Below are positions 62,604-64,000 of a DNA stretch of 64,000 nt, in pieces (the first letter of the stretch is position 1; each line of letters begins with the position of its first letter). The stretch lies in contig NC_068982.1 of assembly GCF_001194135.2 (NCBI RefSeq), positions 64,991,839 through 65,055,838 of the forward strand, read 5' to 3'. The notes under the pieces were generated by a model. The model made no database searches. It had not been told where the DNA came from and worked only from the letters and a program-made list of their open reading frames with translations. The position numbers and the translations under genes are program-made. The stretch is from Octopus bimaculoides. Its lineage: Eukaryota.

Positions 62604-63882
62604 AGATACAGACAGTAAATATTTAATATTGCTTTGTAGTGTCCTAGTTCAGTGTTTCACTTTTCTATGTTCAAAACCTAGTAGAATTGACTTCATTTTA
62701 TTGAAGTTGTTGTTTAGCCCCAGGTCTCAGCCCGAAGTGAGCAGAATTGTGATCAAAGACATCCAAGTGATGCCCAATTTATCTTTTTCATGGGCATTGT
62801 ATATCTAGGACTACATTATGCAGGGACAGCCGAGTAGCCAAGAAGTTTGCTTTGCAATCATATTGTCCCAAGTTTGATCCTACTCACAGCACTTTGGGCA
62901 AATGTCTTCTACCATAATCTCAGGTTGTGAGTGAAATTTGATAGATGGAAACTGCAGAATCCATCATAAGCATAACTAAGAACACTTGCTGAGAATCCTG
63001 GTTTGATATTAAACAGGAAAAAACTCCCCACAAAAACCTACATTTCCTAGATTCCCACCTCCCCTCGATCCTTAGGTCTCATATGGCTGGTTACTCAATT
63101 TCCATGGCATGTAAGTGACCCAAGTTACAACATGGCCCTGAATGGGATACCAGTCTATTCAAGGCCAACAATTTTGAGGAGAGGGGAAAAGTCAATTACA
63201 TTGATCCCAGTACTTGGCTGGTACTTTATTTTATCAGACCTGGAAAGATGAATGGCAAAGTTGATTTTGACAGGATTTGAACTCAGAATGTAAAGACCTG
63301 CAAGAAATACCACTAAGCATTTTGTCCAATATGCTAATGATTCTATCAGTTCACTGCCTTACATTTCTAAGATTGTGAGGTGTAGTTTGAGAAATATTTG
63401 GCTGCTGTTTCAAGTAGGTTGATCAACCTCAAAGAGGTTCCTTCATTAGTCTATTCTCCATTACTCTATAACTAGAATGCAATGCTTGGGGTTGTTTCAA
63501 TATAACCATCTTCTTTGCAGTATTTTAGTTATTTCTCTTTACATTTAATGTTTAAATCATACCAGATTCAATGTCCCAGATGCCTTTCATCCATCTAGAA
63601 CTAATAAAATAAGTACCAGTCATAAATTTGGGTTGATATAATCCACTATATCCTTTCTCTTGAACCCAGAAATCAATATTACCATATTCCTATATTCATG
63701 TGGATGCTAGTTTTACTTTGCAACTTATTCCAGTATTTTCAATACTTCCATATTAATTATTTAATTTGTTCTCATTGGAGTTTTTAATTCTTCCTGTTGG
63801 TACTGTGTGGAGGTAGAGAAGCACTGCCAGACTTACTGCTGCCTCAGTTGGTGGTTTATCTTTGTAAAATTATTACTTTCAG

Positions 63883-64000
63883 GAAGCAGATTGGCAACAT
63901 GGGACACATAGGATAGGCCAGCAATTTCTGAAACCAATATTTATTATACTATTATGTGCAATAATGGATAATCATAAAATGTTTCCTGTTGGATATTATT
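63883..64000 (+). CDS. Possible exon EADWQHGTHRIGQQFLKPIFIILLCAIMDNHKMFPVGYY..., running off the window
   Basis: Acceptor ttattactttcag and an open frame to the window end; no donor is visible and the product is not recognised. Confidence 0.25.

Overview
AT-rich, repeat-dense eukaryotic (animal) genomic DNA from a gapped draft assembly with 11 N-runs. The SINE families, RTE-type tails and dense (TA)n/(CA)n/(GA)n/(AAT)n microsatellites look like an octopus/coleoid cephalopod genome. This assignment is recalled from family resemblance, not from a search. None of the listed ORFs is a convincing gene: they are microsatellite, N-gap or decayed-TE artefacts. The supportable genic signals are (i) a terminal coding exon at 8070-8162 (+) with a MYPT1/PRKG1-interacting-type leucine-zipper end, (ii) a housekeeping-type promoter at about 53150-53260, and (iii) a tentative chain of short phase-compatible + strand exons between 24.2 and 48.3 kb. 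Mobile DNA includes a decayed Penelope-like element, mariner and maT-like transposase fossils, RTE and CR1 fragments, hAT and piggyBac-type MITEs with intact TSDs, a solo LTR with a 4-bp TSD, and many tRNA-derived SINEs, including four young copies of one family. The most interesting signals are two minimal type-I hammerhead ribozyme motifs on the - strand (15950-15992 and 28371-28414). The second lies inside a tRNA-headed SINE that has a Penelope-style inverted tail copy at its 5' end. Several local template-switch-like inverted and direct duplications are also present.
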